From Mobula hypostoma (lineage: Eukaryota), in assembly GCF_963921235.1 (NCBI RefSeq), contig NC_086097.1, positions 253,706,001-253,770,000 on the forward strand: 64,000 nucleotides of DNA, in the 5' to 3' direction. The notes under the pieces are model-generated. The model had not been told where the DNA came from. It saw nothing but the letters and a program-made list of their open reading frames with translations, and made no database searches. The position numbers were made by a program, and so were the translations under genes. Of the stretch, positions 47,561-60,860 are shown piece by piece; the stretch's first letter is position 1, and each line of letters starts with the position of its first letter.

Positions 47561-48069
47561 CTCATCCACCTCGGGGCAAAAATAGCTATCAGATGGTCAT
47601 GACAACACTTTCAATCACAACGGTTCGATGAGCATTCATCTGTTGAATTGGAATTGACCTGAAGCGTTCACTCAGTTTCTCTCTGTTCAGATTTCCAGCA
47701 TCTTCAGCGCCTTTTGCTTTTCAAAAACAAGTTTTTGCTTGAGATTCTTTAATTTTTCAATATTTTAAGAACTATAATTAAAAGAACATTTCTAATGAAT
47801 GATCTGAAACAAAGAAGAAATAACAGGTACAATCTGACTCACTTCTCATTGGTGACTAGGAAACTGAACAACTTTGCATCAGCAGGAACATTCGAATGTT
47901 GAACTATTCTGTGTACTGTACTATTTTACCTTAGTGCACAAGACTTTAACTTCTGAAACACTTTGTATCCACCTGCAAGAAACGAACACAGAATGTGAAC
48001 TCTGATAATTCTCATATGATTTTGTACAGACACGGGAACCTGGCTGAGTACTATAGAGCTGTGCTGATC

Positions 48070-49480
48070 TGTACAGATTGAAAATAACATCCTCACCTCG
48101 CTGACAATCAAGACTGGCACACCTCAGGGGTGTGTGCTTAGCCCACTGCTCTACTCTCTATGCCCATGACTGTGTGGCCAGGCATAGCTCAAATTCCATC
48201 TAGAAATTCGCTGATGATATAACCATTGTTGGTAGAAGTTCAGATAGTGACAAGAGGACGTACTGGAGTGAGATACGTCAACTAGTTGACTGGTGTTGCA
48301 CTCAACATCAGTAAGACCAAAGAACTGATAGTGTAAGCAAAAGCAAAAGTAACCTGAACTTACTTAGAGCCTGTACCTGTGCTTGTCCAAGCCTACTGAC
48401 CAAAGTCCACACCACTATCCACCTCCAGCAATGGCCTCTCCCACAATGACCGCTCTGCTTACTCCTCCTTTCTTTTTATTGCCTCAAATAACCGCTCTCC
48501 TTTATTGACTCCCAACAAGACTTGCAGTTGTCAAATGGCTCCCACCCTACAGCATGTCACTCTCTCAATCGTTACTTCAAATAAGCATTCACTTTTAATG
48601 AGACTTCAAGTTTTCAGATGGATGGGTGGTGCCACAGATACAAATCTCTCACACAATGTCAGCAAGTCCGAAGAGCTGCCTGTTGACCTCAGGAGGAGGG
48701 AGCTGGAGGTCCATTTGCCAATCCTCATTCGGGGATCGAAGATGGAGAGGGTCAGTAGCTTTAAACTCTTTGGTGTTAGATGGTCTGTCATCAGATGGTC
48801 TGTCCTGGGCCCAGCACACAAGTGCATTACAAACAACGTCTGGCAGTGCCTCTGCTTTCTTCAAAGTTTCAGCAGATTCGACATGTCATCCAAAACTTTG
48901 ACAAACTTCTATAGATGCGTGGTGGAGAGTGTATTGACTGGCTGCATCAATGCCCTGGAATATAAAATCCTGCACACGCAGTGGATACAGCCTGGTCCAT
49001 CACAGCAAGAGCCCTTCCCACCATTGAGCACATTTACATGGAGTGTTGTTGCAGAAAAGGAGCATCCATCATCAGAACGCCCCTTATCCAGGTCATGCTC
49101 TCTTCTCGCCTCTGCTATCAGAAAAGAGTCCTACATCAACAAGTTCAGGAACATTATTACCCTTCGACCATCAGGCTCTTGAACCAGTGTGGATAATTTC
49201 ACTTGCCTCCCTTCTAATCTTATTCCACACCTATGTATGGACTCATTTTTAAAGACTCCAAAATTCATTTTCCCAATGTTATTTATTATTTACTGTTATT
49301 ATCTGTGCTTTTTTGTATTTATGCAGTTTGTCATCTTTTGCACAATGGTTGTTTCTCAGTATTCTTTATGTGTAGTTTTTCATTGATTCTATTGTATTTC
49401 TTTGTTTTACTGTGAATGTCCACAAGAAAATGAACCTCGGGGTTGTATATGATGATATATGCATACTTTGATAATAGTTA
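48070..49480 (+). mobile_element. Rex/Babar-type LINE fragments with an intervening insertion
   Basis: GGCACACCTCAGGGGTGTGTGCTTAGCCC (GTPQGCVLSP) and KFADD; LTNFYRCVVESVLTGCI; 3' UTR. Confidence 0.78.
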
Positions 49481-50669
49481 CTTCCAAATTGGAATTTTGA
49501 ACTTTAAACAGCAAAGAACCAAACTCCTATAACACCATGTTCAAAGAAATACTTTTTGTTTCCAACAAGATTTTGATACACTTCAATGGAAAGGTTATCA
49601 AATTCTATATTAATTACTACATTGGGCATTCTTTTGCCTATTGGTGGTTATGGCCTTACTTTGCACTGAAGGGCATTTAACATTTGATTTCTGCTCAAGG
49701 GCAGAAAAGTCATTACTTTTTTAATTGAGTTTGCAAATTTCAGTTCATGAAAAATTAAACAAGGTATTAAATCTTTCAACAGAATTGATCTATCATTTTT
49801 ATAGATTATCAGTAGAACTTTTAATTATATATTCAGTTATGTTATTACTCTTTGCAAATGGTAAAACTGACATCAATTAGGAAGCATGGATTTGGAGTGG
49901 GTCAGGTTGTGGGATTGTCTCTGTAGTATAAACCAAGGTGCTCAGAGTTACACACTCCGCCAGTGCAGCACACCTGTCAGCTGGTGGTAATGCAGGCTGT
50001 TTCCTGAGGAAGGGTCTCAGACCAAAACATTGACTCCTTACTCATTTCCACAGATGCTGCCTGACCTGCTGGGTTCCTCTAGCATTTTGCCTGTGTGACT
50101 CTGGATTTCCTGCACCTGCAGAATCTCTTATGTGGCAAGTTTACACAAATTACTTTATAAATGTAGATCATAAAAGGTTAATTGAGAATATGAGAAAAAT
50201 GTGGACAACAGGATGAGTTTGCACGGAGGAGGTAGAATTAAATATGTGTGTGTTGAGTAAATTGTTGAAAGCGGAGAGATGGTGGGGTGGGTGAGAGAGG
50301 TGAGCAGCTTTCTTTACGTACGCAAGTCAAACACGTAGAATTTCTATGCTCCTCTGTACAGCTGGCAAGGACAATGATAAAAGGAGTTCTTTCACTTTCC
50401 TCCAATCACACATATAGCAGATATAGTTACATTTGCAGTAAACATACAATCAGAAAAAAAAGATTCAAAGTACATTTATTATCACAGTATGTATGTAGTA
50501 TACACCCTGAGATTTGTTTTCCCACAGACAGCCACGAAACAAAGAAACACCATAGAACCCGTTCAGAGAAACAAAACTTCAACCCCCATCCTCAACCCAT
50601 GCACCAAAAAAAAACAAATTGCACAAATCGATTGAAAACACAGCATGTAACACAGCACAGAAAACACTG

Positions 50670-51505
50670 CATTTGTCACATGGTGTGAGCAGAATTATCT
50701 GCAGCTTAATGTGAAAAAGACTAAGGAGCTGGTGGTAGACCTGAGGAGAGCTAAGGTACCGGTGACCCCTGTTTCCATCCAGGGGGTCAGTGTGGACATG
50801 GTGGAGGATTACAAATACCTGGGGATACGAATTGACAGTACACTGGACTGGTCAAAGAACACTGAGGCTGTCTACAAGAAGGGTCAGAGCCGTCTCTATT
50901 TCCTGAGGAGACTGAGGTCCTTTAACATCTGCCGGACGATGCTGAGGATGTTCTACGAGTCTGTGGTGGCCAATGCGATCATGTTTGCTGTTGTGTGCTG
51001 GGGCAGCAGGCTGAGGGTAGCAGACACCAACAGAATCAACAAACTCATTCGTAAGGCCAGTGATGTTGTGGGGATGGAACTAGACTCTCTGACGGTGGTG
51101 TCTGAAAAGAGGATGCTGTCTAAGTTGCATGCCATCTTGGACAATGTCTCCCATCCACTACATAATGTACTGGGTGGGCACAGGAGTATATTCAGCCAGA
51201 GACTCATTCCACCGAGATGCAAGACAGAGCGTCATAGGAAGTCATTCCTGCCTGTGGCCATCAAACTTTACAAAGTTTTCAACAAAGTTTCCTACTGTAG
51301 CCCTGTACTCAGCCTCATCTCCCTTGCTGATGCATCCAACTATGGCAGAGTCATCCGAAAACTTCTGAAGATGACAAGATTCTGTGCAGTAGTTGAAGTC
51401 CGAGGTGTAAATGGTGAAGAGAAAGGGAGAGAAGACAGTCCCCTGTGGAGCCCCAGTGCTGCTGATCACTCTGTCGGACACACAGTGTTGCAAGCACACG
51501 TACTG
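50670..51505. mobile_element. Rex1-type LINE fragment with an internal inversion
   Basis: Minus 51505-51285 encodes GAPQGTVFSP..KFSDD..YRATVGNFV; its continuation FVTWCEQNYLQLNVKKTKE is on the plus strand from 50672. Confidence 0.85.
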
Positions 51506-52189
51506 TGGTCTGGTCTGTGGTGTGGTCTTCCTTTGAAAGTATAGAGGGGGGAGATGTCAGAGCAGATATTTTACACAGAGAGTGGTGGATGTGTGGAATG
51601 CCCTTTCAGAAGAGGCCGTAGAGGCAGATACATCAAGGATATTTACGAGACTCTTGAGTGGGCACATGGATGATAGAAAAGTGAAGGTTTAGGTTGATGT
51701 TAGAGTGGGTTAAAAGGTCAGTATATCATTGGCCGACAGTCATAGACTCATAGAAAATTACAGAACAGCAACAGGCCCTTCAGCCCATCTATTCTGGGCC
51801 AAAACCATCTAAATTGTCTACTTCCATGGATGCGTACCGGGACCATCGCCCTCCATATCCCTACTATCCATGTACCTATCCAAGCTTCTGTGAAACGTTG
51901 AAATCGAGCTCACATGCTCATGACCCTCTGAATGGAAAGATTTCCCCTGTTCAATGTTCTATGTTTTGTTTAAGACGTCTGATTCAATCCAAGACTCACT
52001 GTTCCAATGTTGCATTTTTTAAACCCCTGTACTGCTGCTTGAAGAAAAAATAATACTAATTTCAGCTAGCTTATCATACCTTGAGGTAAACTAGTCTCCC
52101 CAGCATCAAGGACAATTTCAAAAGCTGGCGTCTCAGGAAGGTGGCATGCACCGTTATGGGCCCTCATCATCCAGGACATGCCCTCTTGG

Positions 52190-52750
52190 ACCATAACACC
52201 ATAAGATATAGGAGCAGAATTAGGCCATTTGTCCCATTGAGTCTGTTCTGCCATTCCATCAGGGCTGATCCAATTTTCTTCCCAGCCCCAATTTCCTGCC
52301 ATCTCTCTGTATCCCTTCATGCCCCACCAATTAGGAATCTATCCTCTGCCTGAAATATATGTAAAGATTTGGCCTCCACAGCTGCCTGCAGCAACGAATT
52401 CCATAGATTCACCACTCTCTGGCTAAATAAATTCCTCCTCATTTCTGTTCTAAAAGGATGTCCCTCTATTCTGGGACATTGCTGTGTCCTCTGATCTTAG
52501 ACTCTCCCATCACAGAAATATCCTCTCCACATCCACTCTATCAGCAACTTTCATCATTTGATAGGTTTCAATGAGGTCACCCTTTATTCTTCTGAATTCC
52601 GGTGAATACTGGCCCAGAGCCATCAAACAATTTTCACTCCTTTGAACCCTCTCCAATTTAAGCTCATCCTTTCTAAGATAAGGGGCCCAAAACTGCTCAC
52701 ATTACTCTGAGAGAGGCCTCACCAGTGCTTTGTAAAGTCTTGACATTACA
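52190..52750 (-). mobile_element. CR1 3' fragment
   Basis: Reverse tail CATAAGATATAGGAGCAGAATTAGGCC; homologous to 7672-8080. Confidence 0.8.
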
Positions 52751-53274
52751 TATAACCATAACAATTACAGCACGGAAACAGGCCATCCCGGCCCTTCTAG
52801 TCCATGCTGAACTCTTACTCTCACCTAGTCCCACCGAACACTTTTCTATTCTCATCCTCTTGAAATGAGGGGCATTGATCATATGGATAGCCAGAGGCCT
52901 TTTCTCAGGGCTGAAATGGCTAACACGAGGGAGCATAGTTTTTGGGTGCTTAGAAATAGTTACCGAGGGAATGTCAGGGGTAAGTTTTTCACACGGAGAG
53001 TATACTATCCTGAAGGGTGCTCTCAGCTCTGAAATCACAGAGTCATCGGGTGCTCTTGGTGTGTGTGAAGGATCCTCCATGTTTTGTGTCAGTCAAAGTG
53101 TGCAGAAAAAGCATTTACTGTAACTCAGCTGGGAACGAAATCCTTACATCACTTGTCGCTTGGTTTCACTTTATAGGAGGGAATAGCATTCAAGTCCTGC
53201 CACGGCTGTCGGGTATCCTTCAAGTTTGGTACAGAATTGACACTTTGCAGGTGAGTGTTTACGGGTCATGGCCT

Positions 53275-54160
53275 GTTCGGACATCTGATGGCAGAGAGGA
53301 AGAAGCCATTCCTAAAACACTAAGTGTGTGTCTTCAGGCTCTTCTGCCGCCTCCCTGATGGTAACAATGAGATGAGGGCATGTCCTGGGTGTTGGGGGTC
53401 CTAAATGCTGGATGCTACCTTTTTGAGGCATTGCCTTTTGGAGATGTCCACAATTTTTGGGAGGCTATACATAGAAAACATAGAAAACCTACAGCCACAA
53501 TACAGGCCCTTTGGCCCACAAAGCTGTGCTGAACATGTCCCTACCTTAGAACCACCTAGGCTTTACCCATAGGCCTCTATTTTTCTGAGCTTCATGTAGC
53601 CATCCAGGAGTCTCTTAAAGGACCCCATCGTATCTGCCTCCACCACCGTCGCTGGCAGCCCATTCCACGCACTCACCACTCTCTGCATAAAAAACTTACC
53701 CCTGACATCTCCTCTGTACCTACTTCCAAGCAGCTTAAAGCTGTGCCCTCTTGTGCTAGTAATTTCAGTCCTGGGGAAAAGCCTCTGACTATCCATACGA
53801 TCAATGCCTCTCATTATCTCGTCCACCTCTATCAGGTCACCTCTCATCCTCCGTCGCTCCAAGGAGAAAAGGCCGAGTTGACCGGTGCCCATGATGGATC
53901 TGGCAGAGTTTACAACTTTCTGCAGCTTCTTCTGATCCTGTGCAGTGGCCCCTCCAGACCAGTCAGAATGCTTACCATGGCACACCTGTAGAAATTTGCT
54001 TGAATCTTTGGTGACGCACCAAATCTCCTCAGACTCCAAAGGAAATGTATCCATTCTCATAATTTCTTTGTAATTGCATCAATTTGTTCAGGATACATTT
54101 TCAGAGATGATGACACCCAGGAACGTGAAATTGCACACCCTTTCCACTGCTGTTCCCTCA
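53275..54160 (-). mobile_element. Rex/Babar 3' fragment interrupted by a CR1 3' fragment (53470-53880)
   Basis: Chimeric ORF 53563-54060: ATAQDQKKLQKVVNSA (Rex) fused to LGLFSLERRR (CR1). Confidence 0.8.
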
Positions 54161-54257
54161 AATTCTTATTCAATTGTGGTCATTCGCCAATATCTATAAA
54201 GCACCTGATCAATCAATCATCTTTGAGTTATAGATTGATTAACTTTCTGCCTCCTAC

Positions 54258-54600
54258 CACACAAAATGCTGGAGGAACTCAGCAGGTCAGACAGCTTCTA
54301 TGGAGAGGAAGAAACGGTCGACATTTTGGGCTGAGACCCTTCATTAGGACTGGAAAGGAAGAGGGAGGAAGCCAGATTCAGAAGGTGGTGTGGAAGTGGA
54401 AAGGAGGACAAGCTAAACGGTAATCGGTGAGACCAGGTGGGTGGGGGAAGGGGATGTGATGAGAAGCTGGGGGGCGATGGGTGGAAAAGCTAAAGGGATG
54501 AGAACCTGAAATGAGAGGAGAGTGGACTATGGCAGGTGAGGGGTAGAGGAAAGGGAGGGCAGAGTGGGGAATTGAAGAAGAGGGAATGGAGATGAAGTTA
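54258..54600 (-). mobile_element. Old PLE-derived 3' end with decayed hammerhead
   Basis: ACACAAAATGCTGGAGGAACTCAGCAGGTCAG...GGTCGACATTTTGGGCTGAGACCCTTCATTAGGACTG followed by a G/A-rich tract. Confidence 0.7.
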
Positions 54601-55003
54601 TTCTGGGTTTATAGTCCTCAGGATCGATTAGAACAAAGCCACGTGAATTGTGAATGATTGAAGAATGCACTGTTGCTTTTCAAATGCCTTTTTCATGCAG
54701 CTTGTTCATTGTGAAAAGAATGATTCATCATTGCCATTGTTTGAACTGTGTTTGATCAGAGAATAACCTTGGGCTCTATTCAAACTAGAAAGAAGAAAGA
54801 TTTGAAATACACTTGTCACCCGTTTCCGAGATTCCACTAAAACCATTGTATCGAAAGGATGGGCAGGAAGGCAAGGAGCGTGGTGAGGCTCTTCTGGTAA
54901 AAAATCAAATCATTAGTAAGAGGTGACATAGGGTTGGAAGGTATAGAATCATTGTAGGTAAAGGTAAGAAATTTATTGGACTGATTCAAAATACGCACTT
55001 AGT

Positions 55004-57430
55004 TCACTTGCCAAATCCTCGTGTCTCGTTATTATTTTCCCGGCCTGATTTTCTAATGGTCCTCTTATCCACTCTCGTCTCTCTTTTAATTTTTAAATAC
55101 TTGGAATATCTTTTTCTATCCACCTTAAGATTGTTTGCTAGCTTGTTTTTATATTTCACCTTCTCCCTCCTGATGATTCTTTTAGTTGTTTCCTGTAGGT
55201 TTTTGAATGTTTCCCAATCCTCCATGTTCCTGCTAATTTTTGCTTTGCTATGTGCCCTCTCTTTTCCTTTTACATTAGCTTTGACTTCCCTTGTCAGCCA
55301 TGGTTGTACTATTTTGCCATTTGAGTATTCCTTCATTTTTGGAATACATCTATCCTGCACCTTTCTCATTTTTCCCAGAAACGCACGCCATTGCTGCTCT
55401 GCTGACATCCCTGCCAGCAGCTCCTTCCAATTTACTTTGGCCAACTCCTCTCTCATACCACTGTAATTTCCCTTACCCCACTGAAATACTGCTACATCAG
55501 ACTTTACTTTTTGTATATCAAATTTCAAGTTGAACTCAATCATATTGTGATCACTGTCTCCTAAGGATTCCTTTACCTTAAACTCCCTAATTGCTTCCGG
55601 TTCATTCCATAACAACCAATCCAGTACAGTTGATCCCCTAGTAGGCGCAACGTGAAAATGCTCTTAAAAAGCCATCTCATAGGCATTCAACAAACTCACT
55701 CTCTCGAGATCTATTACCAACCTGTTCTTCCCAATCTACCTACATGTTAAAATCTCTCACGACCATCATAATATTACCCTTTTGACATGCCTTTTCTATT
55801 TCTCATTGCAATCTGTAGCCCACATCCTAGTTACTGTTGGGAGGCCTGTATATAACTGCCATCAGCGTCCTTTTACCCTTACAGCTTCTTAACTCAACCC
55901 ACCATGATCTAACATCTGTCACATCTTTCTACTGATTTGATGCCATTCTTTACCAGCAGAGCCACACCACCCCCTCTGCCTACCTTCCTATCCCTCCGAT
56001 AACACGTGTAACCTTGGACATTCAGCTCCCAACTACAACCATCCTTCAGCCACGACTCAGTGACGGCCACAACATCACACCCAACAATCTGTAATAGTGC
56101 AACAAGGTCATCCGCCTTACTTCTTATACTCCGTGCATTGAGATATAACACATTGAGTGCTGTATCTGTTATCCTTTCTGATTTTTTATCCCTAATGGAC
56201 TGATACTCACCCTGCAGGCTGCAATTTTGTCCTATCATCTGCCTGCCCTTCCTGATTGTCATACAAGATGCTATCTTTGCTTTTTTACTATCCGTCCTAC
56301 CTTGAGTCCCTTCACTCTGGTTGCCATCCCTTTACAAAATTAGTTTAAACCCTCCTCAACAGCTCTACAAGCCTGCCCAAGACAAATTTGGTCCCCCTCA
56401 GGTTCAGGTGCAACCTGTTACTTTTCAGCCGGTCTTATCTCCTGAGGAGATCCCAATGATCCAAGAACCTGAAGCCCTGCCCCCTGCACCAGCTTCTCAG
56501 CCACGCATTTATCTGCCAAATCATCCTGTTTCTACCTTCACTGGTGAGTGGCACAGGCAGCAATCCAGAAGTTACTACCCGTGGAGGTCCTGCTTCTTAG
56601 CTTTCTACCTGGCTCTCTAAATTCTCTTTTCAGGAACTCTTTGCTTTTCCTTCCTTTGTCATTGGTACCAATATGTACCAAGACATCTGGCTGCTCTCTC
56701 TCCCTCTCCAGAATGTTGTGGATGTGATCTGAGACATCCCTGACCCTGGCACCTGGGAGGCAACGTACCATCTGGGTGTCCCGTTCACACCCACAGAATC
56801 TCCTGTCTGTTCCTTTGACTATTGAGTCCCCTAAACTACCATCCCTCTTCTCTCTCTTTCCCCTCTGCAGCACAGACTTATATCAGTGCCAGTAACCAGC
56901 TCTCTGTGGCATTCCCCAGGGAGGTCATCCCCCACAATAGTATCCAAAACGGTATACTTACTGTTGAGGGGAATGGCCACAGGGGTACTCTGCATTAACT
57001 GCCTATTCACCATCCCATTCCTTCTCCTGACAGTCACCCAGCCACCTGCCTCCTGCAACTTAGGAATGACTACTTCACTGTAATTCTGATTAATTATCTC
57101 CTCACTCTCCCATACAAGCTGAAGGTCATCCAGCTGCTGCTCCAGATCCCTAACGTGGTCTTCATGGAGCTGCAGCCAGATGCACTTCACACTGATGTAG
57201 TCCCCTGGAGGCTCTGGGTCTCCCAGGACTCTAACATCCGGCATGAAGAACACACAATGGCCATTTACACAGTCAGAAAAAAGAGAAACTTAACAAAAAC
57301 TTACTCGGACAACTTATCCAGAGCCAACGCCTCATGTGAGCCAAAGTCTGATCCTCCCACTCTCACTACTAGCCCACTCCCAACAATGGCCGCTCTGCTT
57401 GTCCCCTCAGAACTTTTATTTACTCCTCTC
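55004..57430 (-). mobile_element. CR1 5' half (5' UTR, ORF1 Zn-finger/esterase, ORF2 APE), disrupted
   Basis: LGDSIVKG and HIGTND (56538-56873); LYLNARSI and VAVTESWL (55909-56262); LGDSDHN (55004-55615). Confidence 0.88.
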
Positions 57431-57432
57431 TG

Positions 57433-58055
57433 AGCGGGAGGAGAAGATGGCAGCATGGCGCACGCGCCTACGCAGCCCTCCGGTGAAAATGATATCGTTT
57501 CTGTTAAATAGGGGCCATGGACAATTCTGATTTGATGGAGACAGACGTGAAAGCACAGAGGAACATCTGGAGAAATTTCTGAAATGCTGGTTCGCTGCCG
57601 CTGTTACTGGGCGATCGAGAATCTTACGGAGGGAAAGCCCCAAAATCCCTGGTTTTGCCTGCCGCTGGCGACCGAGACTGAGGTCGAATCGTTTGGATAG
57701 AGATGGTGCTCAGTACTCGGTGTCGGAGGGCTGATCGGACAACTCAGAGTCGGACTGTGGTCGGGCATGGCAGGGAGAGTTTCTCTTCCTCCTCCTGTCT
57801 GCGTGAGATGTGGGACTTTCGAGAGACTTTGAAATTTTTTACTGTGCCCATGGCCTGTTCTTCATCAAGTTATGGTATTGTTGCACTGTTGTAACTATAT
57901 GTTATAATTATATGTTTTTTGTTAGTTTTTCAGTCTTGGTCTGTCCTGTGTTCTTATGATATCACACTGGAGGAATATTGTATCATTTCTTAATGCATGC
58001 ATTACTAAATGACAATAAAAGAGGACTGCGTGTCCTCATAATCTAATCTAATCTG
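57433..58055 (+). mobile_element. Non-coding retroposon-like insert (about 620 bp) with (AATCT)n tail
   Basis: CpG-rich head GGGAGGAGAAGATGGC; ends in AATAAAA, GAGGAC/GTCCTC hairpin and AATCT repeats; interrupts a CR1 5' UTR. Confidence 0.6.
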
Positions 58056-58084
58056 TGCTACTCCCAGTGCTGATTGGCTCCTGG

Positions 58085-60860
58085 AGTGATAGTCATGGGA
58101 GGTTTCAATATGCAGGTAAATTGGGACAATCAGGCTGGTGCTGGATCCCAAGACACAGAATTTCTAGAATCCCTACGAGATGGCTTGTCAGAGCGCAGTC
58201 TGATTGAGCCCTCCAGGGGCAGCAGGTATTCTGGATTGGATTAGAGCTTCAGATAAAGGAACTATTAGGGTTCAGTGATCATAGTATGATAGAATTCACC
58301 CTGAAATTTGAGAGGAGAAGCTAAAGTCAGATCAATTATCACTATGGAGGAGTGCGGGGAATTACCCAGGCATGAGAGAGCAGCTGACCAAGGTCGATTG
58401 GAAGAAGACATAGCAGGATTGACCACAGAGCATCAATGGCTGGAGATTCTGGGAGCAATTCGGAAGGTGAAGGATTGATATATCCAAAAGGAGAAGTTTT
58501 CAAAAGGCAGGATGATGCAACCGTGTCTGACAAGGAAGTGAGAACCAACATAAAAGCCCAAGAGAGGACATATAATAGAGCAAAAATTAGTGGCAAGTTA
58601 GAGGATTGCAAATATTTTAAAACCAACAGAAGGTTCAAAGGTTCAAAGGCCACCAATATCAAAGAGGATACCAAAAGTTTTTTTAGTTATATAAGAAGTA
58701 AAAGAAAGGTGAGCGTAGATATTGGACTGCTAGAAAATGATGCTGCAGAGTTAGTAAAGCGGTCAAGGAAATGGTGGAAGAACTGTTTAAGTATTTTGCA
58801 TCAGTCTTCACTGTGGAAGACGAGCAGTATGCTGGATGTTTGAGAGTGTCAGGGGCAGAAGTGAGGGCAGTTATTATTGCTAGGAAGAATGTGTTTGGGA
58901 AACTGAAAGGTCTGAAGGTAGATAAGTCACCTGGATCAGAGCATGTACACCCTAGGGTTCTGAAAGAGGTGGCTGAGAAGATTGTGGAGGCATTAGTAAT
59001 GATCTTCCTAGAATCACTAGATTCTGGAATAGTTCCAGAGAACTGGAAAATTGTAAGTGTCACTCCACTCTTCAAGAAGGGAGAGAGGCGGAAGGAAGGA
59101 AGTCATAGGATAGTTAGTCTGACCTCAGTGGTTGGGAAGATACTGGAGTCGATTGTTAAGGATGAGGTTTCAGGGTACTTGGAGGCACATGACGAAATAG
59201 GCCGTGGTCTGCATAGTTTCCTCAAGGGAAAATCTTGCCTGACAAATCTGTTGGAATTCTTTCAAGAAATAGCTAGCAAGATAGACAAAGGAGAATCAGT
59301 GGATATTGTGTACTTGGATTTTCAGAAGGCCTTTGATAAATTGTTGCACATGAGGCTGCTTAAAAAACTAAGAGCCCATGGGATTACAGGAAATGTACCA
59401 GCACGGATAGAGCATTGGCATATTGACAGGAAGGAAAGACTGGGAATAAAGGGAGCATTTTCTGGTTGGCTGTCAGTTACTAGTGGTGTTCCACAGGTGT
59501 TGGTCTTGGGACCGCTTGTTTTTACATTGTAAGTCAATGATTTGGATAATGGAATTGATGGGTTTGTGGACAAGTTGTTCATCGTCACTCCACTAATTTG
59601 GACATCAGCTTCATCACTCGACACGCTGAAGATTACCTCTGAGTAAATGTTAAATAATAAAGGGGAGATAATGCAGCCCTGGCGAACCCCTTTTTGGATC
59701 TCAAATCCCAGCACTAGTCCTTATTACTGCCTTCTGATGCCAGTACAGACTCGCAATCAGTCGAACATCTTTCCCATCCAGCCCCAATGAGTTCAGGCAA
59801 TTGACCAGCGGTTCATGACTGACTCGGTCAAAAGCTTTTTCGTAATCCAGGAAGCACATGTAAATGTCTTATTTTTTCTAGACCTCGTTCCACAATCATT
59901 TGCAAATTGAGAATCCCTTCACGGGTACCCTTACCCGGTATAAATCGGCTCTGGCACTCATTAATTTCATTAAGAACTGTCCTTTTTATTCTGCTTAGAA
60001 GTATTAATAACAAGATCTTGGAGGCATGACTTATAAGACTCATAGTTCTAAAGTCTGAGCATTTCATGCTCTATTTTTCTTTGGGATCGTGACAAACTCT
60101 GACACCACAAAATCTGTTAGCCGCTTTCCTGTTGAGTAGATTGTATTGCAAAGCCTCGTGATCTCCTCAACCTCCGAGTCACCAAGACATTTCAACATTT
60201 CGGCTGTAATACCATCTACACCACAAGCTTTACCAGTTTTTAACTTTCCAATGGCTGCTCTTACTTCCGCTACCAAAATTTCTGACCTTCCGTGTTCTCC
60301 TCACTCACTTGATCATTTCTAGCATCGTAGTACAATTCCCTAATGTATTCCATCCATCTACTTTCCACCTTGTCATTCTTAAAGAGTATGTTCCCGTCCT
60401 TGTCTTGAATAATGCCCGTCCTTGATTGGTTCTTGTTCCTAAAAGCAAGGATGTAATGTTGAAACTTTATAAAGCTCTGGTGAGGCCTCACTTGGAGTAA
60501 TGTGAGCAGGTTTGGGCCCCTTATTTAAGGAAGGACCTGTCAGCATTTGAGAAGTTTCAGAGGAAGTTCATGAAAATGATTCCAGGAATGAAATGCTTAT
60601 CACATGAGGAATGATTGATGGCTCTGGGCCTTTACTAGCTTGAATTTAGAAGAATGCGGGGGAATCTCATTGAAACCTGTTGAATGTTGAAAAGCTTAGA
60701 TAGAGTCGAAGTTGAAAAGATGTTTCCTATAGTGGGGAAGTCTAAGACCAGATGACACAGATTCAGAATAGAGGGACATTTACCTAGAATAGAGATGAGG
60801 AGGAAGGTCTCTAGCCCGAGGCTGGTGAATCTGTGGAATTTGTTGCCACAGGCAACTATG
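58085..60860 (+). mobile_element. Degraded CR1 ORF2 with a nested RTE fragment
   Basis: KSPG..HVHPRVLKE, PLFKKG, SCLTNLLEFF, LDFQKAFD, SGVPQ (58771-59532); C-terminus from about 60440. Confidence 0.85.
59572..60440 (-). mobile_element. RTE/BovB-like LINE RT fragment
   Basis: KACGVDGITAEML, CSDFRTMSLISHASKILL, GKGTREGI, KGVRQGCIISPLLFNIYSE. Confidence 0.85.

Noticed and set aside
53563..54060. Rex-CR1 fusion ORF (also PLE-CR1 31946-32587 and RTE-CR1 59322-59714)
   Set aside because: These are chance in-frame junctions at nested insertion boundaries.
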